Shown: piece after piece, positions 31,388 through 42,552 of the stretch
Position numbering within the stretch: the first letter of the stretch is position 1
Layout: the number at the start of each line of letters is the position of its first letter
Origin: an uncultured delta proteobacterium
Lineage (GTDB): Bacteria; Desulfobacterota; WTBG01; CAIYCZ01; CAIRTM01
Direction of reading: 5' to 3'
Assembly (NCBI GenBank): GCA_963804955.1
Contig: CAWDSQ010000005.1
Coordinates: 209,484-273,483, forward strand
Length of the DNA stretch: 64,000 bases
Notes under the pieces: generated by a model
What the model was told of the DNA's origin: nothing
What the model saw: the letters and a program-made list of their open reading frames with translations, nothing else
Databases searched by the model: none
Position numbers and translations under genes: made by a program

Positions 31388-32916
31388 ATGCAGTTAAGAA
31401 AATCAATATTCATTCTCTCCTTGTTTGCCTCGCTGTTACCCGCTCTTGCCGGGGCATACCCTGCCGAAGTGTCGCGCACCGGGCAGACGACCTGTTATGA
31501 CACGGCCGGCATTGTTATCGACTGCGACGATACAGGCCAGGATGGAGACTGGCTGGCCGTGTGCCCTGGCCTGATACTAGATTTAACGAACGCGCTGACG
31601 GCACGGTCTCCGACAATCTCACAGGCCTCGTTTGGGCTCAAAATGCAAACCTCATGGTTGCGCGGAACCCGGGCTTTGATAACGATAATATATCCGATGA
31701 CGGCCGGGTAACCTGGCAGCATGCCCTGACTATGTGGCAAAGCTCAACAATGAAAACTATCGTGCGACAGCGATTGGCGGCTTCCAAATGTGAACGAGCT
31801 TGAAAGCCTGGTGAATGCTGAACTTTAAGCACCGGCCCTGCCGAACCTGCATCCTTTCATAAATGTAGAGTCGCACCTCTACTGGTCGTCTACTACGAAC
31901 GATAGCTTTCAGACTTCGCGTGGGGCGTGTACTTCGACGACGGCGGTGTCTACACGACGCCGAAGACAATACTTGTTATGTTTGGCCAGTTCGTTCAGGC
32001 ATGGATCATCTGGTAATTCGGTCAATTGTCTGCGAAACAGGGCAGACAAGTTGCTATAGCGCTGCCGGCGATAACATAACCTGCGCAGGCACGGGGCAGG
32101 ATGGTGATTCGCTGATCGGCGTTGACTGGCCTGATCCGCGGTTTACCGATCATGGCGACAATGCGACAACCGACAATCTGACGGGCCTTATGTGGGCAAA
32201 GGATGCAAATTTGCCGATTGGAGTTTTGACCTGGCAGGGAGCGCTTGAGTATGTGGCAGATATGAATGCGGGCACACATGCGAATTTCGGCTGATACTGA
32301 CTGGCGGCTGCCCAACAGACGAGAGCTGCGCAGCCTTGCCGACTATGAACTATTTACCCCTGCGCTTCCCTTGGGGCACCCCTTCACACAGGTGCAGTCG
32401 AGCGGCTACTGGTCGTCGACGTCCTACGCGTACGGTACGGGCGACGCGTGGCTCGTGCACTTCTACTTCGGCGCCGTCATCCCCGACAATAAGGCGGGCA
32501 GCGACTACTATGTCTGGCCGGTACGCTCAGGGCAGTGTGGGTCATTTGATAATTCCACCACCACCACGACGGTGGTCATTTCCACAACAACCACCTCAAC
32601 CGGCGGCGGTTCGACAACAACGACAACAACCGGAGGGGTGTCAACCACGACCTCGATCATTGCTTCAACAACAACCACGACGACCACCGGCATATGCCCG
32701 GTAAAAAAGACGCTTGGCGAGAATAATCCTAATCTTGAAAATCTGCGCGATTTCCGCGACAGCAAACTTGCTCAAAGCGCCGTGGGCCGCAAAGTCATTC
32801 AAATCTATTACAACAATGCCGACAGCATAAATGCCGCTCTAGAGCGCAGCCCTGCCCTGAGGGCAGCAACAAGACGAGTGCTTGAAACAATTGCACCGAT
32901 GGTCGGGAAGAATTAA
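31388..32916 (+). CDS. Secreted tandem DUF1566 (Lcl C-terminal, C-type-lectin-fold) protein with Thr-rich linker and helical C-terminal domain; several frameshifts
   Basis: Two units TGQTxCY..GQDGD..WP.PRF..D..TGLxW..WRLP..EL..YWSST..AW.V.F..G..YVWPVR; then poly-T and CPVKKTLG..LRDFRD..GRK.I.IYY. Confidence 0.85.
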
Positions 32917-32951
32917 AACTGGAACTGCGGCGAAATCCTTTTGAAGAAAAT

Positions 32952-32987
32952 AGGGCCTGGCCACTGCATATTGTGGTCAGGCCTTTT
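32952..32987 (+). terminator. Terminator after the DUF1566 gene
   Basis: ggcctggccac..gtggtcaggcctttt. Confidence 0.65.
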
Positions 32988-33273
32988 CTCTAAAAAGTCC
33001 ACATTACGTGTCAGAATGTTGAAATGGCAAAAATTGCATATTACCCCTGACCTCATGCAAAAATGATTGCTGATGTAGTAACTGTACTTTTCAGCTTCAG
33101 GGCGGATGCCACTTTCCCCGCAATTAAGTTTGTAGGGTCGACGACGGCCGCCCCTGCTTTATAGATCGAAAACAGTGAATTTCTGAAATGATTGGTGTTT
33201 GATAATAAAAAAAGGCGGGTTAGCACCCGCCATTTGAACTCACGATTTACAAAGTAAAGAACTATGAACCTGC

Positions 33274-35753
33274 TTACGAAGACGGCCGTTCAATCACCCA
33301 TTTGTTGACCATTGCAAAAACGATTTCCCGCTTGATGGGCTTGGCCATATAGTCATCCATGCCCGCATCAAGGCATTTCTGGCTGTCTCCCTTCATTGCA
33401 TGGGCGGTCATGGCAACAATGGGTATTTTGTCGAATCCCAAACGCTCTGATTTCACGCGTGGCGTCGAGACCGGAGAGCTCCGGCATCTGTACATCCATG
33501 AAGATAAGGTCGAATGATGCAGCCTGCGCAATGCATAAGGCGACAGCCTCCCTGCCGTTGTTCGCTACTGGTTACGTGGTAGCCGGCCTTGGTCAGCAGG
33601 GTGGTGGCCAGCTTCTGGTTCACAATATTGTCTTCGGCCAGCAGAATCGATACGGCATGCTTGACCTCTTCGCGGACCGAATACTGCGTCATGATTTTCG
33701 GCTGTGCGCCGGGCTCATCGCCATTACCCGTTTTTGTCTTGCTCAGCAGCAGCTCCACCATTTTTAAAAGCTTCTGCCGGTGTACGGGTTTGGGCATATA
33801 GCCGCTGAACCCGACCGACTGGCACTTGCGGACACTGCGCACGGACAGGGACGATGATGCGATGAGCGGAAACCCGCCGCCGGGCATTTCCTGAATCCGC
33901 TGAGCTATTTCATAGCCGCTGATGCGGGGCATCTGAATATCGAGAATACCCAGAGCAAAAAGGTCGCCGGTTGCCTCTGACCTGCTCACGGCTGCAAAGG
34001 CCTCCTCTGCCGTGCTTGCCGTCACCACGCGCATGCCGGCATGTTCAAGCATATGCTGCAGAATTTCGATATTGTTAAAGTTGTCGTCAACCACGAGAGC
34101 TTTCTGGTTTTCCAGCGACTCATAGCACAGGCGCGGCGCGTTTATGCTGGCCGCTTTTTTCATGACCGCCGTGCAGTGAAATATGCTGCCTTTGCCGGGC
34201 GTGCTTTCGGCCCAGGCATCGCCGTCAAACAGGCGGGCGATTCTGCGGCAGATTGACAGCCCGAGCCCCGTGCCGCCGTATCTGCGGGTGGTCGATCCGT
34301 CTGCCTGCAGAAAAGGTTCAAAGATTATTTTGAGTTTGTCCGGCGGAATGCCGATGCCGGTATCGCGCACCATGGCGTGCAGCTTTACCTCCGAGCCGGT
34401 TTCAGTTTCCACATCAAGGGCAAGCTCTATTTCCCCCTGCTCGGTGAACTTGGCTGCATTGCTCATGAGATTGGTCAGGACCTGCTTGAAACGGTACGGA
34501 TCGCCGAGGAGCTTGAACGGCACATGATCGCCTACGCGCAGCAGCACTTCAATCGGCTTGCCGAGCACGCGGGGGCGCAGCAGTTCGCATACATCGTAGC
34601 AGAGGATTTCAGGGTCGAATTCAATCGACTCGAATTCGAGCACGCCTGATTCTATTTTTGAAAAGTCAAGAATATCGTTGATGAGCGCCAGCAGCGTCTC
34701 GCCGCTGCGCTTGATGGTTTCAACAAAATCGCTTTGCTCCGTTGACAGCTTGGTATCCATGAGCATATCGGCAAAACCGATAACGCCATTCATGGGCGTT
34801 CGTATTTCATGGCTCATATTTGCCAGAAATTCGCTTTTTGCAATATTTGCAAGCTCTGCTTCCTCTGCCAGCATGCGGGTTTCTTCCATGGCTTTTTGCA
34901 GGGCGCGGTCGGCGATTTTGCGCTGCGTAATATCGCGGAAGTTGCAGATGGAACCGCGGCGCTCACCGTTTTTGTCTTTCAGAATCGCTATGGTCGCCTC
35001 GACGGGAACCACCTTGCTGTCTTTGTTGAACAGATAAAAGTCATAATTGCTGACCCGGCCCTTTTGAAAAAGCTCATTGGCCCGTTCAACCTGGCTGTTT
35101 TGATAGTCTTCCCCGATTTCGACGGTTTCTCCGGTCGTGCTTTCGAAAACGCCGTCAAAGGGACCCATCTCGATCAGGTGCCTTCCAAGCATCTCTTCGG
35201 CGGTAAACCCGAGCAGATGCTCCATGGCAGCATTGACCGTTACCACATGGCCGGTAAAATCGGCGATTAAAATAGCGTCGCCTGAATTCTCCAGTACGTA
35301 TTTGTAGTTTTCCTCAAGCTCCCACAGCTTTTCGTCATCGGCTTTATCAAGTGCTGGAGCGGCATCAGGCTTTTTGCCTGTCAGCGGCTCGATCATGCCG
35401 ATTGCCATGGTTACTTCGCCTGCCGCGTCACGAATCATCGCAGAGCGCAGTCGAAGAGGAACGAGCTCGCCCTGTTTATTGACGAGCGACATTTCAATAG
35501 GGCTCTGCTCGGCACGCTGAAAATGGTGCAGCCTGATGGCATAGGTGACCTTTTGGACCCGGTCTTCTTTGTGGACAATATGGATAAAATTTTTATCAGC
35601 GAGGTCTTCTTCTGTGTAGCCGAGAATGTCGGTAAATGCAGGATTGATGCGCAGGAAATTCCCTTTGGGATTAATGAAAAACATGCCCTCAAAAGAATTT
35701 TGAAGGATCTGTTCGCAATACTGCCGCACGTTTGGATCACTCTGTGTGGTCAT
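33274..35753 (-). CDS. Hybrid sensor kinase (2 PAS, HisKA, HATPase, 2 REC); frameshifts in the last REC domain
   Basis: [54 protein letters not shown]. Confidence 0.9.
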
Positions 35754-35945
35754 GGCCCAGTCTCACCTGTTTAAATTGTTTGAACGAGAACGGGTGCTAA
35801 TAATAAATCTATATTATTTTAACGCGAACCTCTTATTTTTCAAAACAATAATTAATTAATGCCAGTATATTTTTTTGTTGCCATTACATAAATTGTATTT
35901 TATGCTTTAATCATACTTATTGTTTTGTATATAGGTATTAAAATT

Positions 35946-36342
35946 ATGGCAGAAAAAAGAAAAATTAAACAGATCCCTGAAACGTCTTAAGCTGAGATAC
36001 GGCGTCAATCGTGCTTCAACTCTGGCCTTTACGGAAGATCTCTCGGAAACAGGCGTTTTTGTCAGGGCGGTAAATGTCATGGGTCCGGGAGTTATTATGC
36101 AGGTGGAGCTCTTCATGCCGGACAATTTGCCCGTAACTTTTGAGGCCAGGGTGGTCTGGAGCAGACGTGTGCCTGGAAGCCTTATTCATCTGTCAAAAGG
36201 CGGCATGGGCCTGCTGATAACAAAATTTTTGTCCGGTGAGGAAAAATATCTCGATTTCTGCCGCAGCGTGTTGGACAAACAACAGCAAACGCCCGGGCTG
36301 GCACCCACTACTCCTACTGTTTCCCCGGATAAGCAGCCTTAA
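35946..36342 (+). CDS. PilZ domain protein; frameshift in an A-run near the start
   Basis: EKRKLNR (RxxxR) after correction, DLSETG (DxSxxG), ARVVW, GMGL. Confidence 0.75.
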
Positions 36343-37299
36343 CGGTTGCATTGTCAGCGGCTGCAGCCCCTTCCTTTACGCCTTCGCAGGACGGAGAAAA
36401 ATTCTCTATTTCAGATTTTTCAACAATAAAAACCTGTTGTTGAGACCCCGGTTTTACATAGTTCTGAAAGGCGTTTTTATCCGCGCCCACAAAAAGCACT
36501 TCCCTGGTGCCGTTGTCGAACACGGCGGTAATGGTGCGCATGGGCTTTTCGAGCCCGGCTTCTTTAGGGGTTCCCATCAATGAAGTCAACCGCTTTAAGC
36601 GTTGCAAAGCTCTGGATTGCTTTTGCCGCGGCACTTTTTCCTGCGGCGAAAGCCTTGCCATCGCAGACTGCCTGCCAGGAACCCGCGGCATCTTTTCTGA
36701 GCTGCAGGGTCCTGTCGCCCGCAACAGTGTACTGTGCAATCCTGTCTCCGTTTAGCCCCCAGATTTTTTTATCGCGCCAGTCTTTGAGCTCCCTGTCAGC
36801 CATGTTTTTTAAAATTCCGGGCACAAGATACACTGTCCCGGCGTCTTTGGCGCGCACATAGGTGCTGAAAATATCCGGGCCGTTTTTTCCCAGCAGAACA
36901 TGGGCGGAAACTTTCTGGCCGGCATCCTCTATTTTTACGTCAACTGCTTTGCCGTCTGAGACATCAAAGGATTCAAAATTTTTCGGGTTTCTGGATGCCA
37001 CCGTCGCAGACTTCAGTTTGCCGATCTGTGTCAAGCAGCGATGTCACCGCAGCCGTATCTGCGCCAAAGGTTGTATCTCCGGCTGTCAGCTTCCATGCCC
37101 CGCCATGTTTTTTTAGTACTACAGCAGCCTTGCCCGGCGCTGTGATCGTTATTGCCGCAGCCCGGGACGCGTCAAAACCTGCTGTGAGGGGCAATTCGAT
37201 TTTTTGCCCTTTTTTTGCTGCCCGCTGCTCCGAGCTGAAATAGAGGGCCGCAAGAGCTGCAAGCACCATGGCAAAAAAAAGCATTTTTTTACCGTTCAT
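36314..37299 (-). CDS. DUF4340 domain protein (GldG-associated); frameshifted
   Basis: N-terminal TM; LLGKNGP..YVR..VYLV..WRDKKI; follows gldG-like gene. Confidence 0.75.
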
Positions 37300-38936
37300 C
37301 ACAACTCCTTGATAGCAAGCCGCTTGCGCCGCCTGCGCAGATACGCGTGCGCGATGCCGAAAACAGCTACAAGCACGGGCACCGCACACATATTGAGCAG
37401 CCGCACGGCAGCTTTTACATTGTCCGACATAACATACAGCATACTGTCGCCCGATTCCCGGGCCCTGATACCCATAAGCCTGTCGTCAGCCGTGCACCAG
37501 TCTACTGCATTTAGAAAGAAAGCCCGGTTGCCGTCAAACTGGGCTATAAAATTGTCGGATATAAACCGGGAACTGCCCGTTACAATGATTCTCGTGTCAG
37601 GGCTTTGCTGGATCACCGCGGGCTGCTCAGCCTTTTTTTCCACGTCCTTGGGCGCGGCAGGTTCTTCTCCCGCAGTAGCATTGTCGGCAGGCGGCGCGGG
37701 TTTGCCGGCGAAATAGCTTGAGAAAGAGCCGCTCATGGCCAGTGCCAGCACATGCTGCCGCTGCTGGTTTTCAGGAGCGGAAAAATCCTGTTTGGGGCTG
37801 AGATCGAAATAGCCCTTCATGGTCCAGGAGGAGGGGCTGCTCCGGGCCAGCACCGAAACGGTCCTGCCGCCGGCTTTTTCCTGCAGCAGCTCAAGCGGGC
37901 TTGCCCATGGCATGACCATAGTTTCGATACTGCTCACAATGGGGTTGTCTGTCTGCGTGTTTTGCCGGACCACGCGCACCCAGAACGGATAGGGCAGCAG
38001 AACATCATAGGGCCCGCTTCTGAACGAAGCGTTTTCGCTCAGCTGATCAAGCACCAGTTCGGGGGCCACCCTGACGCCGTAATGCTCAAGCAGTTTCAGC
38101 ACCGGCGATTCGATCAGCGTGCCCTGCATGCCGCGCTCCTGAATTTCTATGGCATCAGCAAGAAAAACAGCTTTGCCCCCAGCCATGATGTACTGGTCGA
38201 TGGCAAAAAGCTCGCGCTCGGTGAGCTGTTTGGGAGATGCCACCACCAGCACGGCAACCTCTGCCGGTATTATCTGGTTGCCTGTTGTAGCAACCGTGCG
38301 GGTGTAATACTGCTCGCGCAGTTCATTGTTAACGGTTCCCAGCTCTCTGTCCAGCCCCGGCTCACCGTGGCCGCTTAAAAACCCGATTGTTTTGACCTCT
38401 TTCTTCAGTACGCGCAGTATTTTTCCCGTCAGCTCGTATTCAAGGGCGGCCACATCTGTGAGGGCCGGGATAACCTCCTTGCTGTCGCCGTAGAATACGG
38501 CAAGACCCATATACACGGTGGTGACGGCGGCCTGATCCTTTTCTACAATATTGAGCTGCAGCTGCGGTATGCCCATGAACTGGAGCTTTTGCTGCATCGA
38601 GGGGTCATCTGCCGGGTCGATATATTCGATGTCAAGGTTGCCGTTTGCGCAGATGCGGTACTCCTCAAGCATATCCTTTACCTGGTCGACCAGCGGCGCC
38701 ATATAGGGCGGCAGCTTGCGGGAGAGGTAGACCTTGATGTTGACAATATCATCCAGCCCTGCGACGGCTTTTTTTGTCGCCTCCGACACGGTGTATTTTT
38801 TCGTCGCCGTAAGATCAACTCTGAAAAAATGCCGGTAGGAGAGGGCATTAATACATACAAGAATGCCGGCCGCGAGCACGGCAAGCACAAAAAAGTTTGT
38901 TCCCCTGGCCAGTTTCTTGAAGCCTGTGCTTTTCAT
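37299..38936 (-). CDS. GldG-like ABC transporter auxiliary component
   Basis: DLTATKKYTVS..TK, IGFLSGHGE, FFLNAVDW. Confidence 0.85.
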   Translation of the reverse strand: MKSTGFKKLARGTNFFVLAVLAAGILVCINALSYRHFFRVDLTATKKYTVSEATKKAVAGLDDIVNIKVYLSRKLPPYMAPLVDQVKDMLEEYRICANGNLDIEYIDPADDPSMQQKLQFMGIPQLQLNIVEKDQAAVTTVYMGLAVFYGDSKEVIPALTDVAALEYELTGKILRVLKKEVKTIGFLSGHGEPGLDRELGTVNNELREQYYTRTVATTGNQIIPAEVAVLVVASPKQLTERELFAIDQYIMAGGKAVFLADAIEIQERGMQGTLIESPVLKLLEHYGVRVAPELVLDQLSENASFRSGPYDVLLPYPFWVRVVRQNTQTDNPIVSSIETMVMPWASPLELLQEKAGGRTVSVLARSSPSSWTMKGYFDLSPKQDFSAPENQQRQHVLALAMSGSFSSYFAGKPAPPADNATAGEEPAAPKDVEKKAEQPAVIQQSPDTRIIVTGSSRFISDNFIAQFDGNRAFFLNAVDWCTADDRLMGIRARESGDSMLYVMSDNVKAAVRLLNMCAVPVLVAVFGIAHAYLRRRRKRLAIKEL

Positions 38937-38940
38937 AGCC

Positions 38941-39651
38941 TTATTTTCTGCCTTCAATGGTCATCTGGTTTAAAAAAAGGAAAAATCCGATCATGGAAAT
39001 ATAGTAGACAATATCGCGTGAGTCAATTACGCCCCGGCCGATGCTCTGGAAGTGCGCCCCCAGTCCAAGGTAGGAGAAAACCGGCCCCCATGAAGACGGA
39101 ACACTGTAGAGCACCATGCTCTCGCCTGCAATCAGGAAGGCGAAACCGATGACAATGGCGATGATGAAGGCTACTATTTGATTTTCCGTTATGCCCGATG
39201 CGAAAAGCCCGATGGCCAGGCAGGTGCCGCCCAGCAGGCAGGCGCCTGCATAGCCGCCCCAGATCGGTCCCGGGTCAGGGTCTCCGAGCAGCACCACGGT
39301 GAGCACCAGCGGCAAAGTCAGGGCGAGGTTCAGCGCAAGGAAAGCAAATGCCGAGAGAAATTTGCCCAGCACGACCTCATATTCGCGCACCGGAAGCGTC
39401 ATGAGCATCTCGATGGTGCCGAGTTTTTTTTCCTCGGCCCATGAGCGCATGGTGATGGCGGGCGCAAGAAACAGAAACAGCCAGGGCAGCAGGCCGAAAA
39501 AAGGCCTGAGGCTTGCCTGGTTGGTCAAAAAAAACGTTTTAAAGAAAAGCCAGTTTGTCACAGCCAGAAAAGCGATGATGAAGATATAGGCAACCGGCGA
39601 GCTGAAATAGTTCTTGAACTCTTTCCAGAAAAGAGCGCGTATGTTTTTCAT
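38941..39651 (-). CDS. GldF-like ABC-2 permease
   Basis: KEFKNYFSSPVAY, PAITMRSWAEEKK.GT.E.L.TLP, RGVIDSRD. Confidence 0.88.
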   Translation of the reverse strand: MKNIRALFWKEFKNYFSSPVAYIFIIAFLAVTNWLFFKTFFLTNQASLRPFFGLLPWLFLFLAPAITMRSWAEEKKLGTIEMLMTLPVREYEVVLGKFLSAFAFLALNLALTLPLVLTVVLLGDPDPGPIWGGYAGACLLGGTCLAIGLFASGITENQIVAFIIAIVIGFAFLIAGESMVLYSVPSSWGPVFSYLGLGAHFQSIGRGVIDSRDIVYYISMIGFFLFLNQMTIEGRK

Positions 39652-40586
39652 GATGCCTCCCGCATGGTCAGGTCAAGGAATACGTCTTCCAGATTGATGC
39701 TTTTGCGGTACAGCTCCGCAAGGCTCCAGCCGCCTGCTGCCACGGCGAAAAATATTCTTTCGCTGACGGCATCAGCCTCGCGCGACAGCAGTTCGAAGCG
39801 CTGAAGTCCGCCGTCTTCTCCGAGATGCCTGACCTCGACAACGGCTTCAATAGCCGCAAGCGCCGCTTCCACGCAGTCGCGGGGCCCCCGGATGGCAGCC
39901 ACAATCGCCTGCCCGCCGCTTGACAGGGCCGAGAGCTCTTCAGGCGTGCCGCTGCCGACGATGGCGCCCCTGTTGAGTATCAGTACGCGGTCGCAGGTTG
40001 CGGCAACTTCCGGCAATATATGAGAGCTTAAAATGATGGTCTTTTCTCTGCCGATATTTTTTATAAGATGCCTGATTTCGATGATCTGATGCGGATCGAG
40101 GCCGATGGTCGGCTCATCCAGGATGAGCACGTCCGGGTCATGGATAAGCGCCTGCGCCAGGCCCAGGCGCTGACGATAGCCCTTTGAAAGCTCTCCCACA
40201 TCTTTTGCCGCCATGGATGCCAGGCCGCAGATGTCGATCACATGCCTGAGCCGCTCCCGTATTCTGCCGCCGGCGATGCCGCGCAGGGAGGCGATGAATT
40301 TGAGATACTCGATCACGCCCATGTCAAGGTACAGCGGATTGTTTTCGGGCAGATACCCGATGCGCTTTTTGACCTCAAGGGGCTGGGCCGTGATGTCAAA
40401 GCCGGCGATGCGCGCCGTGCCTGCATCGGGCGAGATATAGCAGGTGAGCATGCGCATGGTTGTTGATTTGCCTGCGCCGTTGGGGCCCAGGAATCCAATG
40501 ACCTCGCCTTTCTCAACCCGGAACGATAGGTCCTGCACGGCTCGTGTAGCCCCGTAGCTTTTGGAAAGGTGTTCGACATCGATCAT
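39648..40586 (-). CDS. GldA-like ABC transporter ATP-binding protein
   Basis: GPNGAGKST, LSKGYRQR, ILDEPT, SSH. Confidence 0.92.
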   Translation of the reverse strand: MIDVEHLSKSYGATRAVQDLSFRVEKGEVIGFLGPNGAGKSTTMRMLTCYISPDAGTARIAGFDITAQPLEVKKRIGYLPENNPLYLDMGVIEYLKFIASLRGIAGGRIRERLRHVIDICGLASMAAKDVGELSKGYRQRLGLAQALIHDPDVLILDEPTIGLDPHQIIEIRHLIKNIGREKTIILSSHILPEVAATCDRVLILNRGAIVGSGTPEELSALSSGGQAIVAAIRGPRDCVEAALAAIEAVVEVRHLGEDGGLQRFELLSREADAVSERIFFAVAAGGWSLAELYRKSINLEDVFLDLTMREAS

Positions 40587-40851
40587 GGATGAAACCTCTA
40601 TATAACCTATACGTGTGTCTGGTATGCCAGGTTATACCGGTGATGTGCGGTATAATTGTAAATAGAAAATGGTAGTGAAGCGGCCGCTGGTTGTCAAGCA
40701 AATTTTAAACATCAGGCAAGCGCATGCCGCAGCAGAGCCCTGTCTTCTTTTTTAGTTGGCGTCCGCAGGATGCATTTTTCAGTTTTCCGCACAAGCAGGC
40801 TGTGACTTCATAAGGGAAATATGGCATAGTAGTAATTCATAAGGAGGCTCT

Positions 40852-41721
40852 ATGAAGCTTGTGACTGCCGCAGCAGCGTGTCTGCTCCTGTTTCTATGCA
40901 CAGCGGCATGGTGTTTTGATGCCGTGCAGCTCCGCAGCTTGCCCGGGGAGGAGCTTGTGCGGCAGGTGCGGGTCTACCGATGCACCGACAGGGATATGGA
41001 CATTCTTCTGCCTGAGCTGCATCGCCGTTTCCCTGCATTTGACGACCGCGTGAAGGCCCTGGCGCAGATGTACCGGGGAGCGCCCTATGTAGCCGAGCCG
41101 TTAACGGATGAAACCGCGGATTGGCTGCCCTATGGCGCCACCAACTGCACCATGTATATTCTGTATATAGAGGCCTTTGCCAACAGCCGCTGCATGGCTG
41201 AAGCCCGCGAGCATATGCGCCTGCTGCACTACCGCGGCGGAAGGGTCGGCTTTGCCGATCGCTATCATTTTACCGAAGACCGCATCACCGATCCGGCAAA
41301 CAGCTACTTTGCCGAAACAACCGGGAACTATGTGCGTGACGCACAGTCGCTTCGCCGAATCGGCCTTGAGCTTAACCGCAGGAAAGACGGCTCGCTGCTG
41401 TTTGGCGACCGGCTGGGCCGGTGGACAAAAAAGGTGGCTGTGTCCTATATTCCCCGGGCGGGCTTTACCCCGGGAATGCTTGCCCCTCTTCCACGGGTGC
41501 TGGGCATTGCCTTCGTGAAAAAAGCCAACTGGGATAAGGGGCTCATCGTCGGCCATGAAGGCCTGCTCATAGACGGCGATCTCTATCACGCATCGCTCAC
41601 GGGCGGGGTTGTTGTGGAAAAAAATTATCTCGCGGCCCGTTTTCCCGCTTCACCATGGGAGGGAATGATGCTGTTCCAGCTGGCATCCCGGGTGTTTGCG
41701 GCAGATACAGCGTGCCGGTAG
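40852..41721 (+). CDS. DUF1460 (NlpC/P60-like amidase) secreted protein
   Basis: GAPY, NCTMY, L.YRGG..RYHF, HEG..HAS; signal peptide. Confidence 0.65.
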   Translation: MKLVTAAAACLLLFLCTAAWCFDAVQLRSLPGEELVRQVRVYRCTDRDMDILLPELHRRFPAFDDRVKALAQMYRGAPYVAEPLTDETADWLPYGATNCTMYILYIEAFANSRCMAEAREHMRLLHYRGGRVGFADRYHFTEDRITDPANSYFAETTGNYVRDAQSLRRIGLELNRRKDGSLLFGDRLGRWTKKVAVSYIPRAGFTPGMLAPLPRVLGIAFVKKANWDKGLIVGHEGLLIDGDLYHASLTGGVVVEKNYLAARFPASPWEGMMLFQLASRVFAADTACR

Positions 41722-41963
41722 CGCACTGCTCCATATGGTCTTGACATTATCGGCTAATCTGTCATATATAAGAGGAATAGCGGCAGTGGGCCGCACAGCC
41801 TGCTTTTCGTCATCAACTATCTTGCTGGTATCCACGCACCTCCTTTTCAGGCCTCTCAGGATTCCCGCCGGAAATACTGCGATTAACCGAAGTGCCGTAT
41901 GCGGCATACCTACAAGCATCGGCAGAAGAAAATACTATTTTGATTATTATGAAGGAGAAACAC

Positions 41964-42462
41964 ATGGCAGCACATTGTACAAAAAGGCGACACCATATCC
42001 GTGCATTATACCGGACGGCTCGCCGATGGAGACGTTTTTGATTCATCGGAAGGACGTGAGCCGCTGAAATTTACTGTCGGCGCGGGCCAGATGATACCGG
42101 GCTTTGATGCCGCTGTTGTGGGCATGGCCCAGGGCGAGAAAAAAACGGTCAGCATTGCGCCTGAACAGGCCTATGGTGAGCGCAGCGATGACTTCCTGTT
42201 TGATTTTCCACGGGCAAATGTGCCCGAAGGCATGGAGGTCGAGGCAGGCATGCAGGTATATCTGCAGGACAATGCAGGCAATCCGCTGCCCGCCACGGTG
42301 GTTGCCATAGGAGAGGAAACTCTCAAGATGGACTGCAATCATCCCCTGGCGGGCAAAACGCTCGTGTTTGACATCAGCATCGCAGAAACCGGCCTGAAGC
42401 CTGACGCGGCCGCCTGCACGCCGAGCTGCGGCGGGTCATGCTGCGGCAGCTGCGGGGACTGA
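41964..42462 (+). CDS. slyD: FKBP-type peptidyl-prolyl isomerase (SlyD-like); frameshift near the start
   Basis: VHYTGRLADG.VFDSS, GQMIPGF, P..AYG, DCNHPLAGK; Cys-rich tail. Confidence 0.88.
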
Positions 42463-42552
42463 TGCCGGAGCTGCGCTACGGCTGCTGAAGCAAATTTTGT
42501 GCTACACTAAAAGCTGAGGATATACTCCTCGGCTTTTTTTGCGGGTACAGCA

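Noticed and set aside
32280..32300. TGA codons in the DUF1566 gene as selenocysteine or read-through
   Set aside because: Removing one base restores GYTDWRLP, so this is an indel
32554..32690. ACA/AAC-rich tract as a DGR template repeat
   Set aside because: It encodes the in-frame poly-Thr linker and does not align with either variable region
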